This document shows, one piece after another, positions 39,000 to 52,900 of a DNA stretch of 64,000 nucleotides. How positions within the stretch are numbered: position 1 is the stretch's first letter; each line of letters begins with the position of its first letter. Below the pieces are notes generated by a model. That model was not told the origin of the DNA, did no database searches, and saw only the letters and a program-made list of their open reading frames with translations. The position numbers and the translations under genes are program-made. Source of the DNA: Eledone cirrhosa (lineage: Eukaryota); the NCBI GenBank assembly GCA_964016885.1, contig OZ024743.1, positions 18,600,001-18,664,000 of the forward strand, given 5' to 3'.

Positions 39000-41900
39000 T
39001 GTCTTAATAACCACTCGCTTTCCACTGATTGACCTCGATGTCACGTGATTGATTCTTTTTCTGAATTTGCCGCGGATGTAGAGGCAGTGATTTTCTCAAT
39101 GGCTTGGAATCAAGTCCAGGCATCGCTATTTCCATTCCACTGAATTATTTTTTTAATAAGTTTCCAGTGTCCTCGCTATGCCTGGAGACCTATACGGAAA
39201 AAGACTTTCCTGATGACGGAATGATATTCTATATGTTTCTTCGGAAAATATATTTACTCCATTCCAGAATCTAATTAGTTGGAAGTGATTATTTAGTAAG
39301 TAAGTTAATTTTATAATTTTCTTATTTTACGTCTCTCATATTATTGTTCTGCAACCCCATGCATCGAACTACATTGTTAATAAGACAAAACCTATGTATT
39401 TGCTAGCATTGATATGCATCTGTGTGTATATAAATGTTACTAGATATAAATTCCTTATAATTATCTCCAATTCATTTGTCGAGCAATATTTGGCCATGAC
39501 TGCTACTATGGTAGTAAGCTGTCCGCTGTCTTAATAACCACTCGCTTTCCACTGATTGACTTCGATGTCACGTGATTGATTCTTTTTGAATTTGCCGCGG
39601 ACGTAGAGGCAGTGATTTTCTCAATGGCTTGGAATCCAGTCCACGCATCGCTATTTCCATTCCACTGAATTATTTTTTTAATAAGTTTCCAGTGTCCTCG
39701 CTATGCCTGGAGACCTATACGGAAAAAGAATTTCCTTCGGACGGAATGATTTTCTATATGTTTCTTCGGAAAATATATTTACTCCATTCCAGAATCTAAT
39801 TAGTTGGAAGTGATTTTTTAGTAAGTAAGTTAATTTTATAATTTTCTTATTTTACGTCTCTCATATTATTGTTCTGCAACCCCATGCATTGAACCACATT
39901 GTTAATATGACAAAACCTATATATTTGCTAGCATTGATATACATCTGTGTGTATATAAATGTTGCTACATATAAATTCCTTATAATTATCTCCAATTCAT
40001 TTGTCGAGCAATATTTGGCCATGACTGCTACTATGGTAGTAAGCTGGCCGCTGTCTTAATAACCACTCGCTTTCCACTGTTTGACCTCGATGTCACATGA
40101 TTGATTCTTTTTGAATTTGCCGCGGACGTAGAGGCAGTGTTTTTCTCAATGGCTTGGAATCCAGTCCACCCATCGCTATTTCCATTCCACTGAATTATTT
40201 TTTTAATAAGTTTCCAGTGTCCACGCTTTGCCTGGAGACCTATACGGAAAAAGACTTTCCTGATGACGGAATGATTTTCTTTATGTTTCTTCGGAAAATA
40301 TATTTACTCCATTCCAGAAACTTATTAGTTGGAAGTGATTTTTTAGTAAGTAAGTTAATTTTATAATTTTCTTATTTTACGTCTCTCATACTATTGTTCT
40401 GCAACCCCATGCATTGAACCACATTGTTAATAAGACAAAACCTATATATTTGCTGGCATTGATATGCATCTGTGTGTATATAAATTTTGCTACATATAAA
40501 TTCCTTATAATTATCTCCAATTCATTTGTCGAGCAATATTTGGCCATGACTGCTACTATGGTAGTAAGCTGGCCGCTGTCTTAATAACCACTCGCTTTCC
40601 ACTGATTGACCTCGATGTCACATGATTGATTCTTTTTGAATTTGCCGCGGACGTAGAGACAGTGATTTTCTCAATGGCTTGGAATCCAGTCCACGCATCG
40701 CTATTTCCATTCCACTGAATTATTTTTTTAATAAGTTTCCAGTGTCCTCGCTATGCCTGGAGACCTATACGGGAAAAGACTTTCCTGATGACGGAAAGAT
40801 TTTCTATATGTTTCTTCGGAAAATATATTTACTCCATTCCAGAAACTAATTAGTTGGAAGTGATTTTTCAGTAAGTAAGTTAATTTTATAATTTTCTTAT
40901 TTTACGTCTCTCATATTATTGTTCTGCAACCCCATGCATTGAACCACATTGTTAATAAGACAAAACCTATATATTTGCTAGCATTGATATGCATGTGTGT
41001 GTATATAAATGTTGCTAGATATAAATTCCTTATAATTATCTCCAATTCATTTGTCGAGCAATATTTGGCCATGACTGCTACTATGGTAGTAAGCTGGCCG
41101 CTGTCTTAATAACCACTCGCTTTCCACTGATTGACCTCAATGTCACGTGATTGATTCTTTTTCTGAATTTGCCGCGGACGTAGAGGCAGTGATTTTCTCA
41201 ATGGCTTGGAATCCTGTCCAGGCATCGCTATTTCCATTCCACTGAATTATTTTTTTAATAAGTTTCCAGTGTCCTCGCTATGCCTTGAGACCTATACGGA
41301 AAAAGACTTTCCTGAAGACAGAATGATTTTCGATATGTTTCTTCGGAAAATATATTTACTCCATTCCAGAAATTAATTAGTTGGAAGTGATTTTTAGTAA
41401 GTAAGTTAATTTTATAATTTTCTTATTTTACGTCTCTCATACTATTGTTCTGCAACCCCATGCATTGAACCACATTGTTAATAAGACAAAACCTATATAT
41501 TTGCTAGCATTGATATGCATCTGTGTGTATATAAATGTTGCTACATATAAATTCCTTATAATTATCTCCAATTCATTTGTCGAGCAATATTTGGCCATGA
41601 CTGCTACTATGGTAGTAAGCTGGCCGCTGTCTTAATAACCACTCGCTTTCCACTGATTGACCTCAATGTCACGTGATTGATTCTTTTTCTGAATTTGCCG
41701 CGGATGTAGAGGCAGTGATTTTCTCAATGGCTTGGAATCAAGTCCAGGCATCGCTATTTCCATTCCACTGAATTATTTTTTTAATAAGTTTCCAGTGTCC
41801 TCGCTATGCCTGGAGACCTATACGGAAAAAGACTTTCCTGATGACGGAATGATATTCTATATGTTTCTTCGGAAAATATATTTACTCCATTCCAGAATCT

Positions 41901-44250
41901 AATTAGTTGGAAGTGATTATTTAGTAAGTAAGTTAATTTTATAATTTTCTTATTTTACGTCTCTCATATTATTGTTCTGCAACCCCATGCATCGAACTAC
42001 ATTGTTAATAAGACAAAACCTATGTATTTGCTAGCATTGATATGCATCTGTGTGTATATAAATGTTACTAGATATAAATTCCTTATAATTATCTCCAATT
42101 CATTTGTCGAGCAATATTTGGCCATGACTGCTACTATGGTAGTAAGCTGTCCGCTGTCTTAATAACCACTCGCTTTCCACTGATTGACTTCGATGTCACG
42201 TGATTGATTCTTTTTGAATTTGCCGCGGACGTAGAGGCAGTGATTTTCTCAATGGCTTGGAATCCAGTCCACGCATCGCTATTTCCATTCCACTGAATTA
42301 TTTTTTTAATAAGTTTCCAGTGTCCTCGCTATGCCTGGAGACCTATACGGAAAAAGAATTTCCTTCGGACGGAATGATTTTCTATATGTTTCTTCGGAAA
42401 ATATATTTACTCCATTCCAGAATCTAATTAGTTGGAAGTGATTTTTTAGTAAGTAAGTTAATTTTATAATTTTCTTATTTTACGTCTCTCATATTATTGT
42501 TCTGCAACCCCATGCATTGAACCACATTGTTAATATGACAAAACCTATATATTTGCTAGCATTGATATACATCTGTGTGTATATAAATGTTGCTACATAT
42601 AAATTCCTTATAATTATCTCCAATTCATTTGTCGAGCAATATTTGGCCATGACTGCTACTATGGTAGTAAGCTGGCCGCTGTCTTAATAACCACTCGCTT
42701 TCCACTGTTTGACCTCGATGTCACATGATTGATTCTTTTTGAATTTGCCGCGGACGTAGAGGCAGTGTTTTTCTCAATGGCTTGGAATCCAGTCCACCCA
42801 TCGCTATTTCCATTCCACTGAATTATTTTTTTAATAAGTTTCCAGTGTCCACGCTTTGCCTGGAGACCTATACGGAAAAAGACTTTCCTGATGACGGAAT
42901 GATTTTCTTTATGTTTCTTCGGAAAATATATTTACTCCATTCCAGAAACTTATTAGTTGGAAGTGATTTTTTAGTAAGTAAGTTAATTTTATAATTTTCT
43001 TATTTTACGTCTCTCATACTATTGTTCTGCAACCCCATGCATTGAACCACATTGTTAATAAGACAAAACCTATATATTTGCTGGCATTGATATGCATCTG
43101 TGTGTATATAAATTTTGCTACATATAAATTCCTTATAATTATCTCCAATTCATTTGTCGAGCAATATTTGGCCATGACTGCTACTATGGTAGTAAGCTGG
43201 CCGCTGTCTTAATAACCACTCGCTTTCCACTGATTGACCTCGATGTCACATGATTGATTCTTTTTGAATTTGCCGCGGACGTAGAGACAGTGATTTTCTC
43301 AATGGCTTGGAATCCAGTCCACGCATCGCTATTTCCATTCCACTGAATTATTTTTTTAATAAGTTTCCAGTGTCCTCGCTATGCCTGGAGACCTATACGG
43401 GAAAAGACTTTCCTGATGACGGAAAGATTTTCTATATGTTTCTTCGGAAAATATATTTACTCCATTCCAGAAACTAATTAGTTGGAAGTGATTTTTCAGT
43501 AAGTAAGTTAATTTTATAATTTTCTTATTTTACGTCTCTCATATTATTGTTCTGCAACCCCATGCATTGAACCACATTGTTAATAAGACAAAACCTATAT
43601 ATTTGCTAGCATTGATATGCATGTGTGTGTATATAAATGTTGCTAGATATAAATTCCTTATAATTATCTCCAATTCATTTGTCGAGCAATATTTGGCCAT
43701 GACTGCTACTATGGTAGTAAGCTGGCCGCTGTCTTAATAACCACTCGCTTTCCACTGATTGACCTCAATGTCACGTGATTGATTCTTTTTCTGAATTTGC
43801 CGCGGACGTAGAGGCAGTGATTTTCTCAATGGCTTGGAATCCTGTCCAGGCATCGCTATTTCCATTCCACTGAATTATTTTTTTAATAAGTTTCCAGTGT
43901 CCTCGCTATGCCTTGAGACCTATACGGAAAAAGACTTTCCTGAAGACAGAATGATTTTCGATATGTTTCTTCGGAAAATATATTTACTCCATTCCAGAAA
44001 TTAATTAGTTGGAAGTGATTTTTAGTAAGTAAGTTAATTTTATAATTTTCTTATTTTACGTCTCTCATACTATTGTTCTGCAACCCCATGCATTGAACCA
44101 CATTGTTAATAAGACAAAACCTATATATTTGCTAGCATTGATATGCATCTGTGTGTATATAAATGTTGCTACATATAAATTCCTTATAATTATCTCCAAT
44201 TCATTTGTCGAGCAATATTTGGCCATGACTGCTACTATGGTAGTAAGCTG
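39000..44250 (+). repeat. 5-monomer higher-order duplication (~2628 bp; boundaries approximate)
   Basis: The private variant monomer at 40154 recurs at 42782; ccttcggac at 39734 and 42362. Confidence 0.8.
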
Positions 44251-47200
44251 GCCGCTGTCTTAATAACCACTCGCTTTCCACTGATTGACCTCGATGTCAC
44301 ATGATTGATTCTTTTTGAATTTGCCGCGGACGTAGAGACAGTGATTTTCTCAATGGCTTGGAATCCAGTCCACGCATCGCTATTTCCATTCCACTGAATT
44401 ATTTTTTTAATAAGTTTCCAGTGTCCTCGCTATGCCTGGAGACCTATACGGGAAAAGACTTTCCTGATGACGGAAAGATTTTCTATATGTTTCTTCGGAA
44501 AATATATTTACTCCATTCCAGAAACTAATTAGTTGGAAGTGATTTTTCAGTAAGTATGTTAATTTTATAATTTTCTTATTTTACGTCTCTCATATTATTG
44601 TTCTGCAACCCCATGCATTGAACCACATTGTTAATAAGACAAAACCTATATATTTGCTAGCATTGATATGCATGTGTGTGTATATAAATGTTACTAGATA
44701 TAAATTCCTTATAATTATCTCCAATACATTTGTCGAGCAATATTTGGCCATGACTGCTACTATGGTAGTAAGCTGGCCGCTGTCTTAATAACCACTCGCT
44801 TTCCACTGATTGACCTCGATGTCACGTGATTGATTCTTTTTCTGAATTTGCCGCGGACGTAGAGGCAGTGATTTTCTCAATGGCTTGGAATCCAGTCCAG
44901 GCATCGCTATTTCCATTCCACTGAATTATTTTTATAATAAGTTTCCAGTGTCCTCGCTATGCCTGGAGACCTATACGGAAAAAGACTTTCCTGATGACGG
45001 AATGATTTTCTTTATGTTTCTTCGGAAAATATATTTACTCCATTCCAGAAACTAATTAGTTGGAAGTGATTTTTTAGGAAGTAAGTTAATTTTATAATTT
45101 TCTTATTTTACGACTCTCATATTATTGTTCTGCAACCCCATGCATTGAACCACATTGTTAATAAGACAAAACCTATATATTTGCTAGCATTGATATGCAT
45201 CTGTGTGTATATAAATGTTACTAGATATAAATTCCTTATAATTATCTCCAATTCATTTGTCGAGCAATATTTGGCCATGACTGCTACTGTGGTAGTAAGC
45301 TGGCCGCTGTCTTAATAACCACTCGCTTTCCACTGATTGACCTCGTTGTCACGTGATTGATTGTTTTTGAATTTGCCGCGGATGTAGAGGCAGTGATTTT
45401 CTCAATGGCTTGGAATCCAGTCCACGCATCGCTATTTCCATTCCACTGAATTATTTTTTTAGTAAGTTTCCAGTGTCCTCGCTATGCCTGGATACCTATA
45501 CGTAAAAAGTCTTTCCTGATGACGGAATTATTTTCGATATGTTTCTTCGGAAAATATATTTACTCCATTCCAGAAACTAATTAGTTGGAAGTGATTTTTT
45601 AGTAAGTAAGTTAATTTTATAATTTTCTTATTTTACGTCTCTCATATTATTGTTCTGCAACCCCATGCATTGAACCACATTGTTAATAAGACAAAACCTA
45701 TATATTTGCTAGCATTGATATGCATCTGTGTGTATATAAATGTTACTAGATATAAATTCCTTATAATTATCTCCAATTCATTTGTCGAGCAATATTTGGC
45801 CATGACTGCTAATATGGTAGTAAGTTGGCCGCTGTCTTAATAACCACTCGCTTTCCACTGATTGACCTCGATGTCACGTGATTGATTCTTTTTCTGAATT
45901 TGCCGCGGACGTAGATGCAGTGATTTTCTCAATGGCTTGGAATCCAGTCCAGGCATCGCTATTTCCATTCCACTGAATTATTTTTTTAATAAGTTTCCAG
46001 TGTCCTCGCTATGCCTTGAGACCTATACGGAAAAAGACTTTCCTGATGACGGAATGATTTTCGATATGTTTCTTCGGAAAATATATTTGCTCCATTCCAG
46101 AAACTAATTAGTTGGAAGTGATTTTTTAGTAAGTTAGTTAATTTTATAATTTTCTTATTTTACGTCTCTCATACTATTGTTCTGCAACCCCATGCATTGA
46201 ACCACATTGTTAATAAGACAAAACCTATATATTTGCTAGCATTGATATGCATTTGTGTGTATATAAATGTTACTAGATATAAATTCCTTATAATTATCTC
46301 CAATTCATTTGTCGAGCAATATTTGGCCATGACTGCTAATATGGTAGTAAGTTAGCCGCTGTCTTAATAACCACTCGCTTTCCACTGATTGACCTCGATG
46401 TCACGTGATTGATTCTTTTTCTGAATTTGCCACGGACGTAGAGGCAGTGATTTTCTCAATGGCTTGGAATCCAGTCCAGGCATCGCTATTTCCATTCCAC
46501 TGAATTATTTTTTTAATAAGTTTCCAGTGTCCTCGCTATGCCTTGAGACCTATACGGAAAAAGACTTTCCTGAAGACGGAATTATTTTCTATATGTTTCT
46601 TCGGAAAATATATTTACTCCATTCCAGAAACTTATTAGTTGGAAGTGATTTTTTAGTAAGTAAGTTAATTTTATAATTTTCTTATTTTACGTCTCTCATA
46701 CTATTGTTCTGCAACCCCATGCATTGAACCACATTGTTAATAAGACAAAACCTATATATTTGCTAGCATTGATATGCATCTGTGTGTATATAAATGTTGC
46801 TACATATAAATTCCTTATAATTATCTCCAATTCATTTGTCGAGTAATATTTGGCCATGACTGCTACTATGGTAGTAAGCTGGCCGCTGTCTTAATAACCA
46901 CTCGCTTTCCACTGATTGACCTCGATGTCACATGATTGATTCTTTTTGAATTTGCCGCGGACGTAGAGACAGTGATTTTCTCAATGGCTTGGAATCCAGT
47001 CCACGCATCGCTATTTCCATTCCACTGAATTATTTTTTTAATAAGTTTCCAGTGTCCTCGCTATGCCTGGAGACCTATACGGGAAAAGACTTTCCTGATG
47101 ACGGAAAGATTTTCTATATGTTTCTTCGGAAAATATATTTACTCCATTCCAGAAACTAATTAGTTGGAAGTGATTTTTCAGTAAGTAAGTTAATTTTATA

Positions 47201-49999
47201 ATTTTCTTATTTTACGTCTCTCATATTATTGTTCTGCAACCCCATGCATTGAACCACATTGTTAATAAGACAAAACCTATATATTTGCTAGCATTGATAT
47301 GCATGTGTGTGTATATAAATGTTGCTAGATATAAATTCCTTATAATTATCTCCAATTCATTTGTCGAGCAATATTTGGCCATGACTGCTACTATGGTAGT
47401 AAGCTGGCCGCTGTCTTAATAACCACTCGCTTTCCACTGATTGACCTCAATGTCACGTGATTGATTCTTTTTCTGAATTTGCCGCGGACGTAGAGGCAGT
47501 GATTTTCTCAATGGCTTGGAATCCTGTCCAGGCATCGCTATTTCCATTCCACTGAATTATTTTTTTAATAAGTTTCCAGTGTCCTCGCTATGCCTTGAGA
47601 CCTATACGGAAAAAGACTTTCCTGAAGACGGAATTATTTTCTATATGTTTCTTCGGAAAATATATTTACTCCATTCCAGAAACTTATTAGTTGGAAGTGA
47701 TTTTTTAGTAAGTAAGTTAATTTTATAATTTTCTTATTTTACGTCTCTCATACTATTGTTCTGCAACCCCATGCATTGAACCACATTGTTAATAAGACAA
47801 AACCTATATATTTGCTAGCATTGATATGCATCTGTGTGTATATAAATGTTGCTACATATAAATTCCTTATAATTATCTCCAATTCATTTGTCGAGTAATA
47901 TTTGGCCATGACTGCTACTATGGTAGTAAGCTGGCCGCTGTCTTAATAACCACTCGCTTTCCACTGATTGACCTCGATGTCACATGATTGATTCTTTTTG
48001 AATTTGCCGCGGACGTAGAGACAGTGATTTTCTCAATGGCTTGGAATCCAGTCCACGCATCGCTATTTCCATTCCACTGAATTATTTTTTTAATAAGTTT
48101 CCAGTGTCCTCGCTATGCCTGGAGACCTATACGGGAAAAGACTTTCCTGATGACGGAAAGATTTTCTATATGTTTCTTCGGAAAATATATTTACTCCATT
48201 CCAGAAACTAATTAGTTGGAAGTGATTTTTCAGTAAGTAAGTTAATTTTATAATTTTCTTATTTTACGTCTCTCATATTATTGTTCTGCAACCCCATGCA
48301 TTGAACCACATTGTTAATAAGACAAAACCTATATATTTGCTAGCATTGATATGCATGTGTGTGTATATAAATGTTGCTAGATATAAATTCCTTATAATTA
48401 TCTCCAATTCATTTGTTCAGCAATATTTGGCCATGACTGCTACTATGGTAGTAAGCTGGCCGCTGTCTTAATAACCACTCGCTTTCCACTGATTGACCTC
48501 AATGTCACGTGATTGATTCTTTTTCTGAATTTGCCGCGGACGTAGAGGCAGTGATTTTCTCAATGGCTTGGAATCCTGTCCAGGCATCGCTATTTCCATT
48601 CCACTGAATTATTTTTTTAATAAGTTTCCAGTGTCCTCGCTATGCCTTGAGACCTATACGGAAAAAGACTTTCCTGAAGACGGAATGATTTTCGATATGT
48701 TTCTTCGGAAAATATATTTACTCCATTCCAGAAATTAATTAGTTGGAAGTGATTTTTTAGTAAGTAAGTTAATTTTATAATTTTCTTATTTTACGTCTCT
48801 CATACTATTGTTCTGCAACCCCATGCATTGAACCACATTGTTAATAAGACAAAACCTATATATTTGCTAGCATTGATATGCATCTGTGTGTATATAAATG
48901 TTGCTACATATAAATTCCTTATAATTATCTCCAATTCATTTGTCGATCAATATTTGGCCATGACTGCTACTATGGTAGTAAGCTGGCCGCTGTCTTAATA
49001 ACCACTCGCTTTCCACTGATTGACCTCGATGTCACATGATTGATTCTTTTTGAATTTGCCGCGGACGTAGAGACAGTGATTTTCTCAATGGCTTGGAATC
49101 CAGTCCACGCATCGCTATTTCCATTCCACTGAATTATTTTTTTAATAAGTTTCCAGTGTCCTCGCTATGCCTGGAGACCTATACGGGAAAAGACTTTCCT
49201 GATGACGGAAAGATTTTCTATATGTTTCTTCGGAAAATATATTTACTCCATTCCAGAAACTAATTAGTTGGAAGTGATTTTTCAGTAAGTAAGTTAATTT
49301 TATAATTTTCTTATTTTACGTCTCTCATATTATTGTTCTGCAACCCCATGCATTGAACCACATTGTTAATAAGACAAAACCTATATATTTGCTAGCATTG
49401 ATATGCATGTGTGTGTATATAAATGTTACTAGATATAAATTCCTTATAATTATCTCCAATACATTTGTCGAGCAATATTTGGCCATGACTGCTACTATGG
49501 TAGTAAGCTGGCCGCTGTCTTAATAACCACTCGCTTTCCACTGATTGACCTCGATGTCACGTGATTGATTCTTTTTCTGAATTTGCCGCGGACGTAGAGG
49601 CAGTGATTTTCTCAATGGCTTGGAATCCAGTCCAGGCATCGCTATTTCCATTCCACTGAATTATTTTTATAATAAGTTTCCAGTGTCCTCGCTATGCCTG
49701 GAGACCTATACGGAAAAAGACTTTCCTGATGACGGAATGATTTTCTTTATGTTTCTTCGGAAAATATATTTACTCCATTCCAGAAACTAATTAGTTGGAA
49801 GTGATTTTTTAGGAAGTAAGTTAATTTTATAATTTTCTTATTTTACGACTCTCATATTATTGTTCTGCAACCCCATGCATTGAACCACATTGTTAATAAG
49901 ACAAAACCTATATATTTGCTAGCATTGATATGCATCTGTGTGTATATAAATGTTACTAGATATAAATTCCTTATAATTATCTCCAATTCATTTGTCGAG

Positions 50000-52900
50000 C
50001 AATATTTGGCCATGACTGCTACTGTGGTAGTAAGCTGGCCGCTGTCTTAATAACCACTCGCTTTCCACTGATTGACCTCGTTGTCACGTGATTGATTGTT
50101 TTTGAATTTGCCGCGGATGTAGAGGCAGTGATTTTCTCAATGGCTTGGAATCCAGTCCACGCATCGCTATTTCCATTCCACTGAATTATTTTTTTAGTAA
50201 GTTTCCAGTGTCCTCGCTATGCCTGGATACCTATACGTAAAAAGTCTTTCCTGATGACGGAATTATTTTCGATATGTTTCTTCGGAAAATATATTTACTC
50301 CATTCCAGAAACTAATTAGTTGGAAGTGATTTTTTAGTAAGTAAGTTAATTTTATAATTTTCTTATTTTACGTCTCTCATATTATTGTTCTGCAACCCCA
50401 TGCATTGAACCACATTGTTAATAAGACAAAACCTATATATTTGCTAGCATTGATATGCATCTGTGTGTATATAAATGTTACTAGATATAAATTCCTTATA
50501 ATTATCTCCAATTCATTTGTCGAGCAATATTTGGCCATGACTGCTAATATGGTAGTAAGTTGGCCGCTGTCTTAATAACCACTCGCTTTCCACTGATTGA
50601 CCTCGATGTCACGTGATTGATTCTTTTTCTGAATTTGCCGCGGACGTAGATGCAGTGATTTTCTCAATGGCTTGGAATCCAGTCCAGGCATCGCTATTTC
50701 CATTCCACTGAATTATTTTTTTAATAAGTTTCCAGTGTCCTCGCTATGCCTTGAGACCTATACGGAAAAAGACTTTCCTGATGACGGAATGATTTTCGAT
50801 ATGTTTCTTCGGAAAATATATTTGCTCCATTCCAGAAACTAATTAGTTGGAAGTGATTTTTTAGTAAGTTAGTTAATTTTATAATTTTCTTATTTTACGT
50901 CTCTCATACTATTGTTCTGCAACCCCATGCATTGAACCACATTGTTAATAAGACAAAACCTATATATTTGCTAGCATTGATATGCATCTGTGTGTATATA
51001 AATGTTACTAGATATAAATTCCTTATAATTATCTCCAATTCATTTGTCGAGCAATATTTGGCCCTGACTGCTAATATGGTAGTAAGTTGGCCGCTGTCTT
51101 AATAACCACTCGCTTTCCACTGATTGACCTCGATGTCACGTGATTGATTCTTTTTCTGAATTTGCCGCGGACGTAGAGGCAGTGATTTTCTCAATGGCTT
51201 GGAATCCAGTCCAGGCATCGCTATTTCCATTCCACTAAATTATTTTTTTAATAAGTTTCCAGTGTCCTCGCTATGCCTTGAGACCTATACGGAAAAAGAC
51301 TTTCCTGAAGACGGAATGATTTTCGATATGTTTCTTCGGAAAATATATTTACTCCATTCAAGAAACTAATTAGTTGGAAGTGATTTTTTAGTAAGTAAGT
51401 TAATTTTATAATTTTCTTATTTTTCGTCTCTCATACTATTGTTCTGCAACCCCATGCATTGAACCACATTGTTAATAAGACAAAACCTATATATTTGCTA
51501 GCATTGATATGCATCTGTGTGTATATAAATGTTGCTACATATAAATTCCTTATAATTATCTCCAATTCATTTGTCGAGCAATATTTGGCCATGACTGCTA
51601 CTATGGTAGTAAGCTGGCCGCTGTCTTAATAACCACTCGCTTTCCACTGATTGACCTCGATGTCACATGATTGATTCTTTTTGAATTTGCCGCGGACGTA
51701 GAGACAGTGATTTTCTCAATGGCTTGGAATCCAGTCCAGGCATCGCTATTTCCATTCCACTGAATTATTTTTATAATAAGTTTCCAGTGTCCTCGCTATG
51801 CCTGGAGACCTATAGGGAAAAAAACTTTCCTGATGACGGAATGATTTTCTTTATGTTTCTTCGGAAAATATATTTACTCCATTCCAGAAACTAATTAGTT
51901 GGAAGTGATTTTTTAGGAAGTAAGTTAATTTTATAATTTTCTTATTTTACGACTCTCATATTATTGTTCTGCAACCCCATGCATTGAACCACATTGTTAA
52001 TAAGACAAAACCTATATATTTGCTAGCATTGATATGCATCTGTGTGTATATAAATGTTACTAGATATAAATTCCTTATAATTATCTCCAATTCATTTGTC
52101 GAGCAATATTTGGCCATGACTGCTACTGTGGTAGTAAGCTGGCCGCTGTCTTAATAACCACTCGCTTTCCACTGATTGACCTCGTTGTCACGTGATTGAT
52201 TGTTTTTGAATTTGCCGCGGATGTAGAGGCAGTGATTTTCTCAATGGCTTGGAATCCAGTCCACGCATCGCTATTTCCATTCCACTGAATAATTTTTTTA
52301 ATAAGTTTCCAGTGTCCTCGCTATGCCTGGATACCTATACGTAAAAAGTCTTTCCTGATGACGGAATTATTTTCGATATGTTTCTTCGGAAAATATATTT
52401 ACTCCATTCCAGAAACTAATTAGTTGGAAGTGATTTTTTAGTAAGTAAGTTAATTTTATAATTTTCTTATCTTACGTCTCTCATATTATTGTTCTGCAAC
52501 CCCATGCATTGAACCACATTGTTAATAAGACAAAACCTATATATTTGCTAGCATTGATATGCATGTGTGTGTATATAAATGTTACTAGATATAAATTCCT
52601 TATAATTATCTCCAATTCATTTGTCGAGCAATATTTGGCCATGACTGCTACTATGGTAGTAAGTTGGCCGCTGTCTTAATAACCACTCGCTTTCCACTGA
52701 TTGACCTCGATGTCACGTGATTGATTCTTTTTCTGAATTTGCCGCGGACGTAGAGGCAGTGATTTTCTCAATGGCTTGGAATCCAGTCCAGGCATCGCTA
52801 TTTCCATTCCACTGAATTATTTTTTTAATAAGTTTCCAGTGTACTCGCTATGCCTTGAGACCTATACGGAAAAAGACTTTCCTGATGACGGAATGATTTT

